From Takakia lepidozioides (Eukaryota; Plantae; Bryophyta), in NCBI GenBank assembly GCA_030704615.1, contig CM060733.1, positions 48,298,001 to 48,362,000 on the forward strand: DNA of 64,000 nt. Direction: 5' to 3'. Shown piece by piece: positions 52,628 through 64,000 of the stretch; within the stretch, counting starts at the first letter, position 1; every line of letters starts with the position of its first letter. Below the pieces are notes generated by a model. It was not told where the DNA came from and searched no databases. It saw nothing but the letters and a program-made list of their open reading frames with translations. The position numbers were made by a program, and so were the translations under genes.

Positions 52628-53519
52628 CTGTTGCTAGTGCAATGCAATTCCTCACAATACCCTCTGCAAGCGACCTGCAAACAATTTCACCAGTATTGAA
52701 TCCCCCTGCAACTAGAATCCTCACTTCTGCTGAGTTTGCTCAGTTCATAGCTTTGCTTGTCTCAAACACATGAGAGGCGGACCGGCATCAGATCTAGTAT
52801 TTAATCTAGCGCGTAGGTGACCATTCGCGTCTAATCGCTACTGAACTGGATTTCCCTCAGGTTAGAATGATTGCGGAGCTGCAGCAGTTTTTCGGCTTTT
52901 CGGACACAGAAAATGCAAATCTGCAGAGATCGGACTACCAGGTACCACTACTAAAAATGTTTTTCCATCCAGCTTGAGATGGTCATATCCTCTTTACAAT
53001 AGTACCCTAGAAACGAAAGTGTGATAGCTGATACTGTCTTCAACTCGACAATGTTGTAGATTTTTTACCTGTTTTTCTGACCTTTCAAAAACCACCTCAT
53101 TTCCTAGCTACATATTGGGGTACTACATGTGGTGTATTGATCATTTTCCTGACATGGATGTTGAGAATTTACACTGGCATAGTGTTATTCAAGTAGATTA
53201 ATCTCAGTATTAGTGTTAGTGTTTACTCCCTGATATATGTCCAGGCTGTCCAAGTAGATGACTTAGCTAGTGACACTTGTCTTTTACTTGGACCACCTAT
53301 TTTGAACGGGCATTTTTCCCTCCATGCTATGCTGTGGGGATCTACATAGTTTGTAGATTAGCGTAGTGATGTTGTCTTCTTGTTGAACATGTAATGCACT
53401 AGTGTGCTTCTACGATTGATCTTAAGCAAAAGACAAAGCTCCTGCATATGAGTGCATTATTTGTTAATCGTTTTTGTAGCATTTCAACAATGGATGCAAT
53501 TTAAATTGGGTGATCAATC

Positions 53520-55790
53520 ATGCAGACTGACTGGGTCGACAACGAGCTTCGGGAAGAAATAGACTGGGAAACTGAGAAACAGAAAGAAAAAATTGTAGCA
53601 CACTCCTTATATCCAGACCTGATGGCAGCCCATGTGGCTTGTCAACGGGTCGTGACACCTATGGATCAGACCCCATACCTTGACTGGCAGTTGGCGCAGG
53701 CTCAAGCTGAAGCAACCAATAAGTATTGTGTTGTGTACCGTGATGAGCTCGATACCAGCCCAGAAGAGAAGGCGGAGCTTGATGAATTCATGGTAAGGAA
53801 CCCCTAATAAATAGAAGATGGGATTCCAGTACCTAGATCAGTCGCCAAGGTTCCATTTATGGGAGAGTAGGCTTTAGAGTCAGTCACCTACTGGAAAGCT
53901 CAACAGTGTTCTTTCCTTGAAAACTACAAAGTCATATATATGTGGCATGAACTATATGATAGAGCCTACGTGTACCTCAAAGGGCAAGTATCCACAAGAG
54001 GACCAGGCTTAATATTATTTAGGCCAACTTTGCGGTCAGGGTCATCTTTTCTTAGTGTGTACATGGCATCATATGGCCGAGATTTAATGCTACTGAAGAG
54101 CTAAGCGACGATTCAATTCTCGGTACATCTATTCCAGGTGTACAGAGCATCTGACTCTGTTCTTGGCCGAGCTGCTATCTAGATGGACAACTTCATTTCA
54201 GATTCTTGCTTGTTAGCATACATTGACATCTGTCTTTATGCTGCAAATGGCGCTGCTCCTAGATAGGTTGATTTATGAAGCACTTGTCGTTTGGATTTTG
54301 GATTTTGCAGGTCCACGATATTATGCTAATCACTGCCTACAAGGATCAGCTGCAGCAACGTCTTAACGGGGCTGTGAGAGAAGCTATGATGTTCTGCTGG
54401 AACACAGAGCAGGAACTCTACAAACTGACAGGTAAGGAGAACTTGGTGCATGTATGTGTTAGTACGTACTGCAAGATAGGGTAGCCGCGGATTGGAGACA
54501 CCTGATCCAGGAAATTCAGCTCAAGCCATTGTACTTCCTTTAGCCTAGCTAGAGGATGTTAAAGGGTCTAACGCCCGAGCTGCGTTGCCTGGTTTATATA
54601 AGTTGTACAGAGGTAACTAATTTGGAAGGGCACTATGAACGTCCAGTTATCTGCAAGTTTAAATACTTGGCTGCTCTTATTACAACTGTTCTTGGAAATG
54701 TACTTACCCTTGGAAATTAACAATGCGTGGACTCTGCAGGAGCATCCCCTGTTTATGGCAAAGGAGCAGCTACTGTGTCTGATAAAGGTGAAAAATTCAA
54801 GGGCAAATTCAGTGCAGGTGACCCAAACTTGGATTATACTAGGGGTTTCGGGCCAGTACAGCGACCTACTGAGACAGACCATTATACAAACGTGGAACGC
54901 TTACGTCAGGAGCTCATGCCCGACCTCAAGGAGGCAAGCACTCATGATTCTGCCTTCACTTTCTTAATGATAGACCTCATACTTGTCTGAACCTTGCTAG
55001 TGCTGTAGCTAGCTAGCTTGCGAGTTTAATTCTATCACCAACCATTACAGTTTTGAGCAGTGTCTTAATACAAACAAACTGAGTGCTCAATTTCGATGCT
55101 CTGAAGATGTTAAGCAATCTGTGGAGCAAGCTTTCGGGTAGCATGCTAAAGATTTTGATCATGATGTTAGCTCGATCGATGGTTGTTGACCTCTCTTGCC
55201 TGATTGCTGCAGCCATATATTGTGGATGGTGTACTGTAGTAGAAAACGCGTACACATGCATAGAAGACTTGTGGGCCACTGGAAGTGATTGTAGTACAAA
55301 TTTCACAAGTCATGTGCAGGCATACAGGAAAAACTCTTTGCGATTCGAGAGGAGATATTGCGCACGGGACGGGTTGGTGAATTGCCGGAAGGCTCCACGA
55401 CCGTATTGAGGGCCTGGTGGCGTGCGCACATCGAATGGCCTTATCCCACGGTAAACACGCCCGTATCCAACCAGATAATGAGCCAGCGAGTATACAGACT
55501 TCTAATGTAACTTCGTATTGCATTTGTATACTTTACCATCCTAGATCATCACAATATGAAAAACGAGTCATCATTTTGTTGGATTACTTGTATGTACCTT
55601 AATATAATTGTTGTACGCCTGTATCTAAGCTGCAGGAGGACGAGAAGGAGAGGTTCAGCCGACAGACAGGGCTGCCACTGAAGTTGGTGAACAACTGGTT
55701 CATCAACCAACGGAAACGAAACTGGCACGGTATTAATCATCATTTCGCGGCATCCTCTTCAGAACGAATCACAAAACAAAAGCTCAGCTG
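53520..55790 (+). CDS. Divergent class II KNOX copy B; exons 53520-53792, 54311-54431, 54740-54933, 55320 (or 55328)-55450, 55636-55790 (or unspliced to the stop at 55974); frameshifted if the ancestral acceptor is used
   Basis: KNOX1 ([20 protein letters not shown]), KNOX2 (ELDEFM...[18 protein letters not shown]), ELK ([13 protein letters not shown]), HD ([24 protein letters not shown]). Exon 4 is 131 nt versus 132 nt in copy A. Functional status is uncertain. Confidence 0.85.
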
Positions 55791-57120
55791 GTACGTGAGA
55801 GTACCCAATTTCTCTGATAGGAAACGGTTCTCGACCTATATGTCTCTCGAAGGCCAATTCAATCCATCACAGAACTCACGATCGTCCACAAATACAGACG
55901 ATCGTTCAGTCCAGAAACTCTTAACCATATTTTCAAGACAGATTTCAAAACCAGTCCCAGAAGCTTTTGACTAGCTATCCCTCCATATCTGCAAGTGTCA
56001 ATGGATCAGGCCATCTCCATATCCGACTGCACTATAGAATAGTGGCAGCCAAAGAGGCTAGCGGATATCAAGTTTGGGGCCTTAACTCTACATTTAAGTA
56101 GAAGTCTTGACCGTTCCAGACATTGGTTTGTTTGGGGCCCGCATTTTCCCCTTGTTCGGCTCAATGGCTCAGGCAGTTTGTAGGGAATTCAGATTCCTTG
56201 AAACATGAGCGAGAGAAGTTCTCTCGAGAGAGACTATTAAGTACTGCAAATTAAAGCATTTGTAAACTCAGATAGGCCAAACCAAGGATGGCATGATGTG
56301 ATAACATTGCATGCATTGCTCCTGCATGCATGCAGTAGCATTATCTGGATTCAAACAAGGGGCCGCATGGAACTATTAGAGAGGCTAGATAAGATAGGTA
56401 ACACAACGAAGAGTCTAAAGCCTTATAGGTACTCCAAAGAAGTTTTTCCCTCTTTTGGTCACGTTTGGGCTTACTAACTTCTGCTTCTGTTTTTTTTTGT
56501 AGTGAATTTCACGTGGAGTCTGGCCTCGGGTCTGCTGGGCCGAGTAACTTACAGCCCATGGCTACCGCTAATTGGCCGAGCTCCAGTTATAGTTACAATC
56601 TGCGCCCGGAAGAACAGTGGCCACAGGACTTCAATTGATTAAATATCATCATAAGAGGTATACAGTTCGTCCAATCTTAACCAAGCATCTTAAGCAGACT
56701 CTATTACCGAGAAAGTTGCCAAGAAAGACTTTGCCCGGTGACCAAACCAAATTCACTTCACTTTTGTAGTAACATTGATCATAACTGTTGTAGATTTCAG
56801 TGTAACTACACTAAGAGTACCTGCATGCCTAGAATATGACTCAGGCTAACTAAATAGGTTGGAAGTTCATGCATACCCCGGGATGGGAGGATTTACCTCT
56901 TCAGTGGACTTGAATAAGTACCGGGACTAGATTTTGGACTTGTGCCCATTGTGACTAGTAACAGCATATCTCCATGGAGTTTGATCCTAGAATGAACATC
57001 AACAGATCACTCGTTATATTGGGCGAAATGACCTACATAGAATCACACTCTCCACTGCAGTGTTCCGCTAGTTGTCAGCTGTGAGCGGTAATCAAATGCT
57101 GAGCAAATGCTCGGGGAAAG

Positions 57121-57440
57121 ACATCTTTGAGGACCAGGTCAAATCTCTGGGACATGTGGTGTACCATAAAATACTCTCCGACCCTCAGGTACCTGTCCTC
57201 AACAGTCTGTCCCAAGTAGGTCCTTCCTGGGGTCCTTAGGAGGTCCTTCGCGCTCTAGTAGCTGCCAGTACTGGCGTAACTGCACCCTTCCTCACTGGGT
57301 GCAAAGTACCCTCTGATCCATGGACGAGAATCACCAATGTCCTCCCGCCGCAGTTCCCTGAAAAGGTTTTGCATCGCTGTCAATGCAGATCAAGGGACCG
57401 CTAGCCCCTCCTCAACCCCTGCAGGCCAGACCTTCACCTC
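57121..57440 (-). pseudogene. Inverted relic of the GT4 last exon and intron 6 end
   Basis: Exon top 57357: GTAAG(fs)TLVILVHGSEGTLHPVRKGAVTP ... LRVGEYFMVHHMSQRFDLVLKDV, versus QRVREFFMEHHMSERLGLVFKEV in the intact gene. Confidence 0.85.
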
Positions 57441-58368
57441 AGTCATCAACATAATCTTTGAACGAACTAAGAAATCGAGAGAGACGAGGAGTGACTACAC
57501 TACACTTGTGCTTCGCTTCTCTCTCTCTCTCTCCTTCGCTCTCTCTCACCCGGCTATACATCGGTTGCACACACGCCGGGTTGACGCCCATCCCTGCCCC
57601 CTTCAATTTGCCCGCTGTGCTACTACCGTAATTCCACCTTTGCATTTTGCACCCGTTCTTGAGCCTTTTTTTCTTTTTCTTTTTTTTAAAAAAAGAGGGA
57701 AACACCATGAAGCGACAACTCACAAATTTTTCTTTTTACAAAATATAAAATATAAAATATAAAATATTTTTCTTTTCATAAAAAGAAAACAGGGGACAGA
57801 GGCCCTGGCGGAGCCATTCTTTTTACAAAATATTGTTCACTGCTTGTTAAATATATGATTATATATATTCTAATTGATCCCTGAAGCTGACAGTTAACCA
57901 CCCTAAGAGGAACCCCTGGAGAAAAACAGCTTTCTCTTCAGTTGTGAGCTGTTCAGAAGGATTTGAGCCCAGGATCACATATTAATCTCATCCAACTAGG
58001 CTACCTACAAATATGATAAAATTATAATGTCTTACAAATATCTTGAGAGTATCTTTTCATGTGACCTGTCCATTTCCGCGGCCCAATGATGGTAGGTAGT
58101 CTGTGCAACCCAACTAAGCTACCGAAACAAACATACATTAAAAAAACCAAGTGCGGGGAAGCCCAAAGCAAAACCTGCTGAGCACGTTTGTGGTCCCTCA
58201 CCGCTGGCCCACCCTTTGCTTTTTACCTCCCCAAGACCTACCGAGGCGGGCTTGTCTGTGCCTGCCTGGCCCCGCCCCAAGACCTGATGGGTATTGAGAG
58301 TGAGGGAAAGGAGGGCCAAGTTTGTGAGCCAAGTTGGTGATGGCAAGTGATAGTCAGCGAAATGAAGG

Positions 58369-58480
58369 CACATATGGGGAGGCACACGAGTCATTGGATG
58401 ATGGAATGAGGGTTTCATAGATAACACATATGGGGAGGCACATGAGTCATTGGATGATGGAATGAGGGTTTCATAGATAA
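58369..58480. repeat. 56-bp tandem duplication
   Basis: cacatatggggaggcaca(c/t)gagtcattggatgatggaatgagggtttcatagataa twice. Confidence 0.95.
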
Positions 58481-59033
58481 TATTCGTGACCTGCCCTTAG
58501 ACATGACCGGCGGGCTTCTATAAGAAGAAACCGTTTATAGCCATGTCCAGCAAGGGAAAAACGAGTATAGATTATGTATGTGCGTTGGGCAACCAAAATC
58601 TTTGTTTCCTCACAAGCCCGGCATGGTGTGCTTTTAATGTGTTTTCACATTGACGGGTCCGGCCCCTAGGTCATGTCCTCAGTGATATAACCGCCCAACA
58701 CTCGTTAGCACCACAAGTCCTTTGGTTGGTATCCTTGAACAATACGAGCAATCCTATGCAGCTTGTTTTATTTTTGTATTTCGCCTTTTTCCCTAAGGTT
58801 CTTGCTACATGTAAGTGTGTCATCCTTATCACTGGATAATGTTGTGGCCAGATTTGAACCCAGGTTTCATGGGCAATGAATTGCCTGCAATTTTAAAGGC
58901 GTTCCATAAGGGTAGAATATTTTAGAGTATTTAGAGGTGCCTCCCAATCAATCATGAGATGTCTACCAAGTTGAGATAGAATAGATTCTTCATGTACTAG
59001 CTACTAGTGATTCAACCTGGTCAAAGTATAAAC

Positions 59034-59307
59034 AGACTGCTTTAGCGGACCAAGATCGACTTTGATTTGATACCTAGTTGTAGCTTAGACTGCACAAGCT
59101 GATCCTAAGATATGTATGAACTAATAGTCTAATAAGGTCCATGAAACTTGCAAGAAATAGAGTTGCAGCTGGTAGCTATAACTCGGTTTCTTGAAAGTTT
59201 CTTTGCCAGTATTAGAGTATCACTTCATATATTTCAGGATCAGCTTGTGCAGTCTAAGCTACAACTAGATATGAAATCAAAGCTTATCTCGGTCCGCTAA
59301 AGCGTCT
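59034..59307. ncRNA. ~270-nt hairpin (candidate MIR/hpRNA)
   Basis: Perfect 33-bp core ctagttgtagcttagactgcacaagctgatcct / aggatcagcttgtgcagtctaagctacaactag; pairing extends out to gctttagcggacc/ggtccgctaaagc and in to a ~5-nt loop at ~59170. Confidence 0.55.
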
Positions 59308-60868
59308 CAAGCTTGGGAAGGGGAAGGTGGCGTAGGCCAGGATGAACCTAGCAGTATTGCAAGATCGTTTCATTAGGTGTTGTGATCTAAATTAGTTCAT
59401 CCAGCTAATAGGAGGTTGATCAGCAAAATGACCTTTAGTTATTATGCAGCCTATGTACATAGAACCCAATGCACTGATTACACCTAGTGTAATCACTAAC
59501 CGCAACATATTGTCAAGTTTTCTTAGTGAGATATTAATGAATTAATTCATGACAGCTTACGGCTAAAATCTACATTCACCCACTCCAAAATTGAATAATA
59601 GATATCGAATCTTAGCTAGGACTAAAATAATGGATTGTCTTCGGCACGCGGCGGGACATTTCACATCACAGTGACAAGCAACGCAAGCTTTTGGAGGATG
59701 TCACATCGCAGTGACAACCCAAGCAAAGCTTAGAGGCCCTACATCCCGCCTGCGGAGGCCTACCTCTCGTTGCCTTAAACCTTATCTGTACCTAGAGGGT
59801 GCAAAATCTCTTTAAATTCCATTGTTGATCCCATGCATAAGTGCTCTCTCTCTTTGTAGCTTTTCTTTGCAGGTAAGCCTTGACGTCGTGATCAAGTCAC
59901 CTCATATGTTTGTGGTGACCTGACCTCCTTTCGTCTTGTTAGCAAATCTTAGGCTAGTCTTGAGGGATTTTCATTTCATCAATCTCCTCTGTTGCATGTG
60001 GTGTCTCTTCGCTTGGACCTCTATCAGGAAAAATTGCATCACAGATTGACCACAGCCACATTGTCATTTATTATTTGCATCCACCTATAGGTGCTTTCCA
60101 AAAACCTGCCCAGTGGTTGGCATTTTCGTTGTTGTCATTGATATACACTCTGATAGACTAAAGTGTGACTAAATTGTGACTAAAGTATGAAATCTCTTTC
60201 ATTTGTTTCCTATAGATACATGAGTGTCATGTGGCCTTGCAGTTTTGCTTTTAAAGACGGAATTCAAGATGTTTGTACATATTATAAGCTCCTGCAACCG
60301 ATGTCTCTACCTAATTAATGTAATGTGTGTTCTTGGCTGTGTCCTAAGGTGCTCTTGCCTCATGTATCACACATGTACTGAGGGTTGAAATATTCTATCT
60401 CGGTTGTGCTAGCCTACAAGACAAGCCTCTACATTTATGTACTGAACACTTACATTTGTTTTCTGTAAACTTGCAGTATGTCTCATCCTTTCAGAGGTAC
60501 AAATCTGCTCTCAGGTGAGCCTCTAGGACCTTCTCATATGATGTGCAGTGAGGTAGTTGGTAGTAGATCTGAGCCATGTCTAGGTAGGGAAGGCATTCTT
60601 GTTCAATTAATTCCTCAGGTTGCAGTAAATGATTTCTCTATAGGCCAAGTTTTCAAGAACATGTTATCGAGATGTGATTTTACATATTAATTCTAGACAC
60701 AACTTAACAAACTTGAATGACAATGATTTATTCCACGTTTCCAAATTGGTAGAACAAGATTGATCATAGGCTTGTTTCGGATGGTTTCAAGATTTTCTTG
60801 CTTCCAACTGATATCGTATCCTAACTGTAGGATAAGTGCAGACTACACTGGCCCAAAAGCAGTAGATG

Positions 60869-63800
60869 CAGCGTAGCTACGGCGTGAGCCCAGCCCCGTG
60901 AGCCTGGGAGCTGAGCTCACGTTCAAGCTTTGAAGCGTGAGCTGAGCTCACGCTTCAGGGAAGCGTGAGCGGCATGAATCTGCTGGAGAAGCAGGTCCTA
61001 TAGGCGAGGATTGCAGGAAGAGGGCCTATTACCGTGGACAAAACAAAGGAGGCCACCATGCACCATGTCTGCAATGCGTGCCAAAAAAGAGGAATATGTA
61101 AACATGTCAGATTTGAGCTCAGAATGATTGACACAGTTTATTTCAATTCACAGAGAGACGCTTACAATGAATCGCAAGTGCATTTGCCCTCACAAGTGAA
61201 CGAAATGTATATGTTTGTCATAAAATGAAAAGTCTTCACACGGCAACCTGGAAACCAGCATGGGAAGCGGGCATGGCTCGTATGTGTTCAAAGAGAAGTT
61301 GGCGGAGCTCTACGCGAGGTGTCCCGCTGCAGAAGGGTGATGACTTCTCCGTAGCCTAGTGTGGCTTGGTGAATGAATTGGTCTCTCTTACCGTCGCAAC
61401 ACATAATTACAAGGTATATGTAATATTGATGCTTGCAGGGGACCCACTTCCCTCTCATGCCGAGAGCGCCCTCACGCATCGTTACAAAATCCGGACAAGT
61501 GCACGATGGGAAATTCCCAATGGTAACTTGATATTCTTTGGCATGAAGAACTGAGCCAATTGACAGCACTGTGTAAATCCGTCCATACCCCGGGGAAGGG
61601 ACTTCGGTGATACGAGCCACCGTAGCCTGCAAAATTCTAGCCGATTCCATCTTGCATTCGTGATCTGCACCCGAAGCAACACGGCGCACTGTTTTTCCAT
61701 CTCTTTTTGTTGGGTGGGAGTTGGCACCGGGTGGAGGCATTGTCGGAGCATGTGGCACATCTGTGCCGACAGTGCATAAGGGCACCACCCGGGACCGTGC
61801 AAGACAAAACCCTCCCTCCTCCAGCATGCTTATCTCGGTTGAGGACAGCGATGTCCCAATTTGCACAGGCCAAATTGCGGGGGGAGGGGGCTTCATTATC
61901 ACGGAAGGACGAACTGTTCCCTTCACGCATCGTGCCATATCGTCTGGGCAGAACCAAAACTTGTGCTCTTTTGACTCCCCACTATGATAAGGTCGGAACA
62001 ACCCTGTGAATGTTGGAGCTGGAGTCCCCCTGGAGCCTTTGCATATTTTTGATTTGCATTTCTTGAAAGAGGGGGTCCGAATTGCCATGCAAGCCACTCT
62101 AGATCCTGGTGGGGTGCGTTCTATATGCCAGTCACTATCAATGCAATCAGATTCCTGCACCATGGCCACCACCTCCTCCAATGGGATTTCCGCTGCTATG
62201 CTTGCATGTTCCGCACCTGCTCCACAGGAGGAGGACCCACCTGGGAAGGGGCCGGCACAGGACTTAGTCTGCACTGGAGACACCTTTGGCACAGAGAAAT
62301 TGACCCTGTCTGGCCTATGGGAATCTCCATCTGACCCTGGAAGAGTGTTTAATTTCCTTTTGCATGATCCAAATCTTTCCTCGCCTTCCAAATGGGGAGC
62401 CTGGATTGCAGAGGGGAACCTTCAGTGCACCTGTTTAGAGCTCTGGCCATCTTTGACGGGTCTCCGGACCTACTCGCAGCCCTTAGCATCAACAAAGTCG
62501 AATCGGGGCCCTTCCCTCCACCCCGTCCCATCAGAAAATTGCGGTACCTGGTTTGTTGTGTAAGTGCCCGCACCATGTCATCAGCAGTGGCCACATACAA
62601 GTCACGACCTGCTTTGGTAGACTGTTGCATCCAGGCGTTGTGAACAGTCTCTGCCAAATTACACGATGGCATGTCGGCCAAGTCCTCCAAGGACATGTCC
62701 TGCAGGAGGCATTGCATGGAAATGTGAGGAAGGAAAAGAAATGGTAGAGGTTATTCAAGTGACAATCGAACAACCCCAAATGAACAGGCACGATGCAAAG
62801 TGCAATTTGTGTTTAAGGAAAACTTGTGAGGCTTACCGTCGTCATGAAAGCTCCCCACTGTCTGTACCTGAAGTGCCAGAAAACCAACCAGTCCTCCAAC
62901 TCCTTCAGGTGGATACCTGTAGCAGCACCAGCGGAGAACCACCAAGCCCGGATTGCCTGGTAAGTGCTCTCTGCTTCTCCCATTGAGGTGGCATTCTTGT
63001 ACTTCAGACAGAGCCTTCTATGCTCCAACTGAAGGTCAGGGCGAATGCAGCGCTTTGTATGACGTGCCAGAGATTGACTCCAATGGAAGAGGCATGTGCG
63101 CTCCCTATTTTCCATGGGGACCTTAGGATCCCCAGAACCAAACACGCGCCGCACTGCATTGAAATTTGCCTGTGCACTATCAGCCATGAAGCCCGCAAAG
63201 TTTGTGTTCTGTATTCCATTGCGCTGCATGACGGTCAGGAGGGACTTCCACATGAGCATCTGGGATTCAGTGTCCTCCGACTGCATATCACAAATTGCTA
63301 TGGAGAGCACACGCTGGTACGCTGGATCATACACATGGACACGCCATGGTTGTCCAACCCTTCACCCGTTTGCAGTGATCAAACATTAACCAACATTTAG
63401 CCAAATCTCCTCCAGGTTGCATTCGGCGGACAATGCTCACACCACTGCCTTGGCCCACAGCGGACATCTTGAACAAATACACTTTGGACGAGCCCTGGCC
63501 AGGGAACATACTGTTTTGAATGAATTCATAGCGACTCCTCCGTTTGAGGTCCATAATGTTGTCCATGAATCCAGCAGTGCCTGTGCCCATTCTGAGTGCA
63601 TTCACCTGGTTTCGAATATTGGGAGAGCTCAACACGGAGAAATGGTCCATGACTGCCTCAAGGGAATCTGCATCCAGCATTGGCTGTGTCGAATCCCCTT
63701 CACCCAGTATGTGTTTTTCCAGGAATGCCTTGCTAGCTGCAAGCGCTATAGCAGAAGGTGTTGCAGAAGGGGCATTATGGAACTCTTGCTTCAGTAGATT

Positions 63801-64000
63801 TCTAGCGATGTCCACGCTATCCCTGCAACTCCCTTTGGACACAGGATGCTCGTGTGCACCCATATGAATGCAGGCACGAGTCATTGTCTTGCATCGATGT
63901 GCCACCTGATACATACGAGCGTGGCAAACAGAAACACAGGACGGGGAAAGTTTGCAGAACCTGCACACAAAAGTATTGGTATTGGGAGGTGCAAGCCCTG
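60869..64000 (-). mobile_element. Mutator-like (MULE) element with an intron-containing DDE transposase and SWIM finger (coding 61288 to >64000), frameshifted
   Basis: FDHCKRVKGWTTMA, FMADSAQANFNAV, CLFHW (CxxH), NLAETVHNAW and SWIM CTCPDF...CKHQYY. Intron ~62700-62836; frameshifts at ~63340 and ~62395; GC-rich CGTGAGC terminal repeats at 60880-60970. Confidence 0.78.

Larger units (their letters stand above)
54650..59905 (+). repeat. Segmental duplication copy B
   Basis: Collinear with 1-4650 (anchors listed under copy A). Confidence 0.9.

Overview
Eukaryotic nuclear DNA from a land plant, probably a non-seed plant (inferred from PLS-type PPR debris, a half-tRNA-primed copia element and the MULE type; the species cannot be determined). 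Host genes: two strongly diverged class II KNOX paralogues (copy A, 3' three exons at 98-997; copy B at 53520-55790), a BIG BROTHER-related RING E3 ligase (-), a GT4 glycosyltransferase (+) and an SDR (-). The KNOX copies lie in a dispersed direct duplication (~1-4650 vs ~54650-59905). Each copy also carries an inverted relic of the glycosyltransferase's last exon and a long hairpin. Between them is a transposon nest: a degenerate CACTA containing a TSD-flanked Pack-CACTA with captured MDR-oxidoreductase exons and PPR fragments, a 104-bp satellite, and a copia element split into two opposite-strand halves. Elsewhere are an intronic copia, Tourist and hAT MITEs, tRNA-headed SINE-like elements and a MULE/SWIM transposase at the right edge. 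Best leads: (1) a 1-nt lesion in KNOX-B that also creates an in-frame rescue acceptor, so the gene could yield either a homeodomain-less or a homeodomain-containing protein; (2) hairpins with co-varying arms next to both KNOX copies (candidate novel MIR/hpRNA loci); (3) the Pack-CACTA. All analysis was by eye; no searches or folding programs were run.
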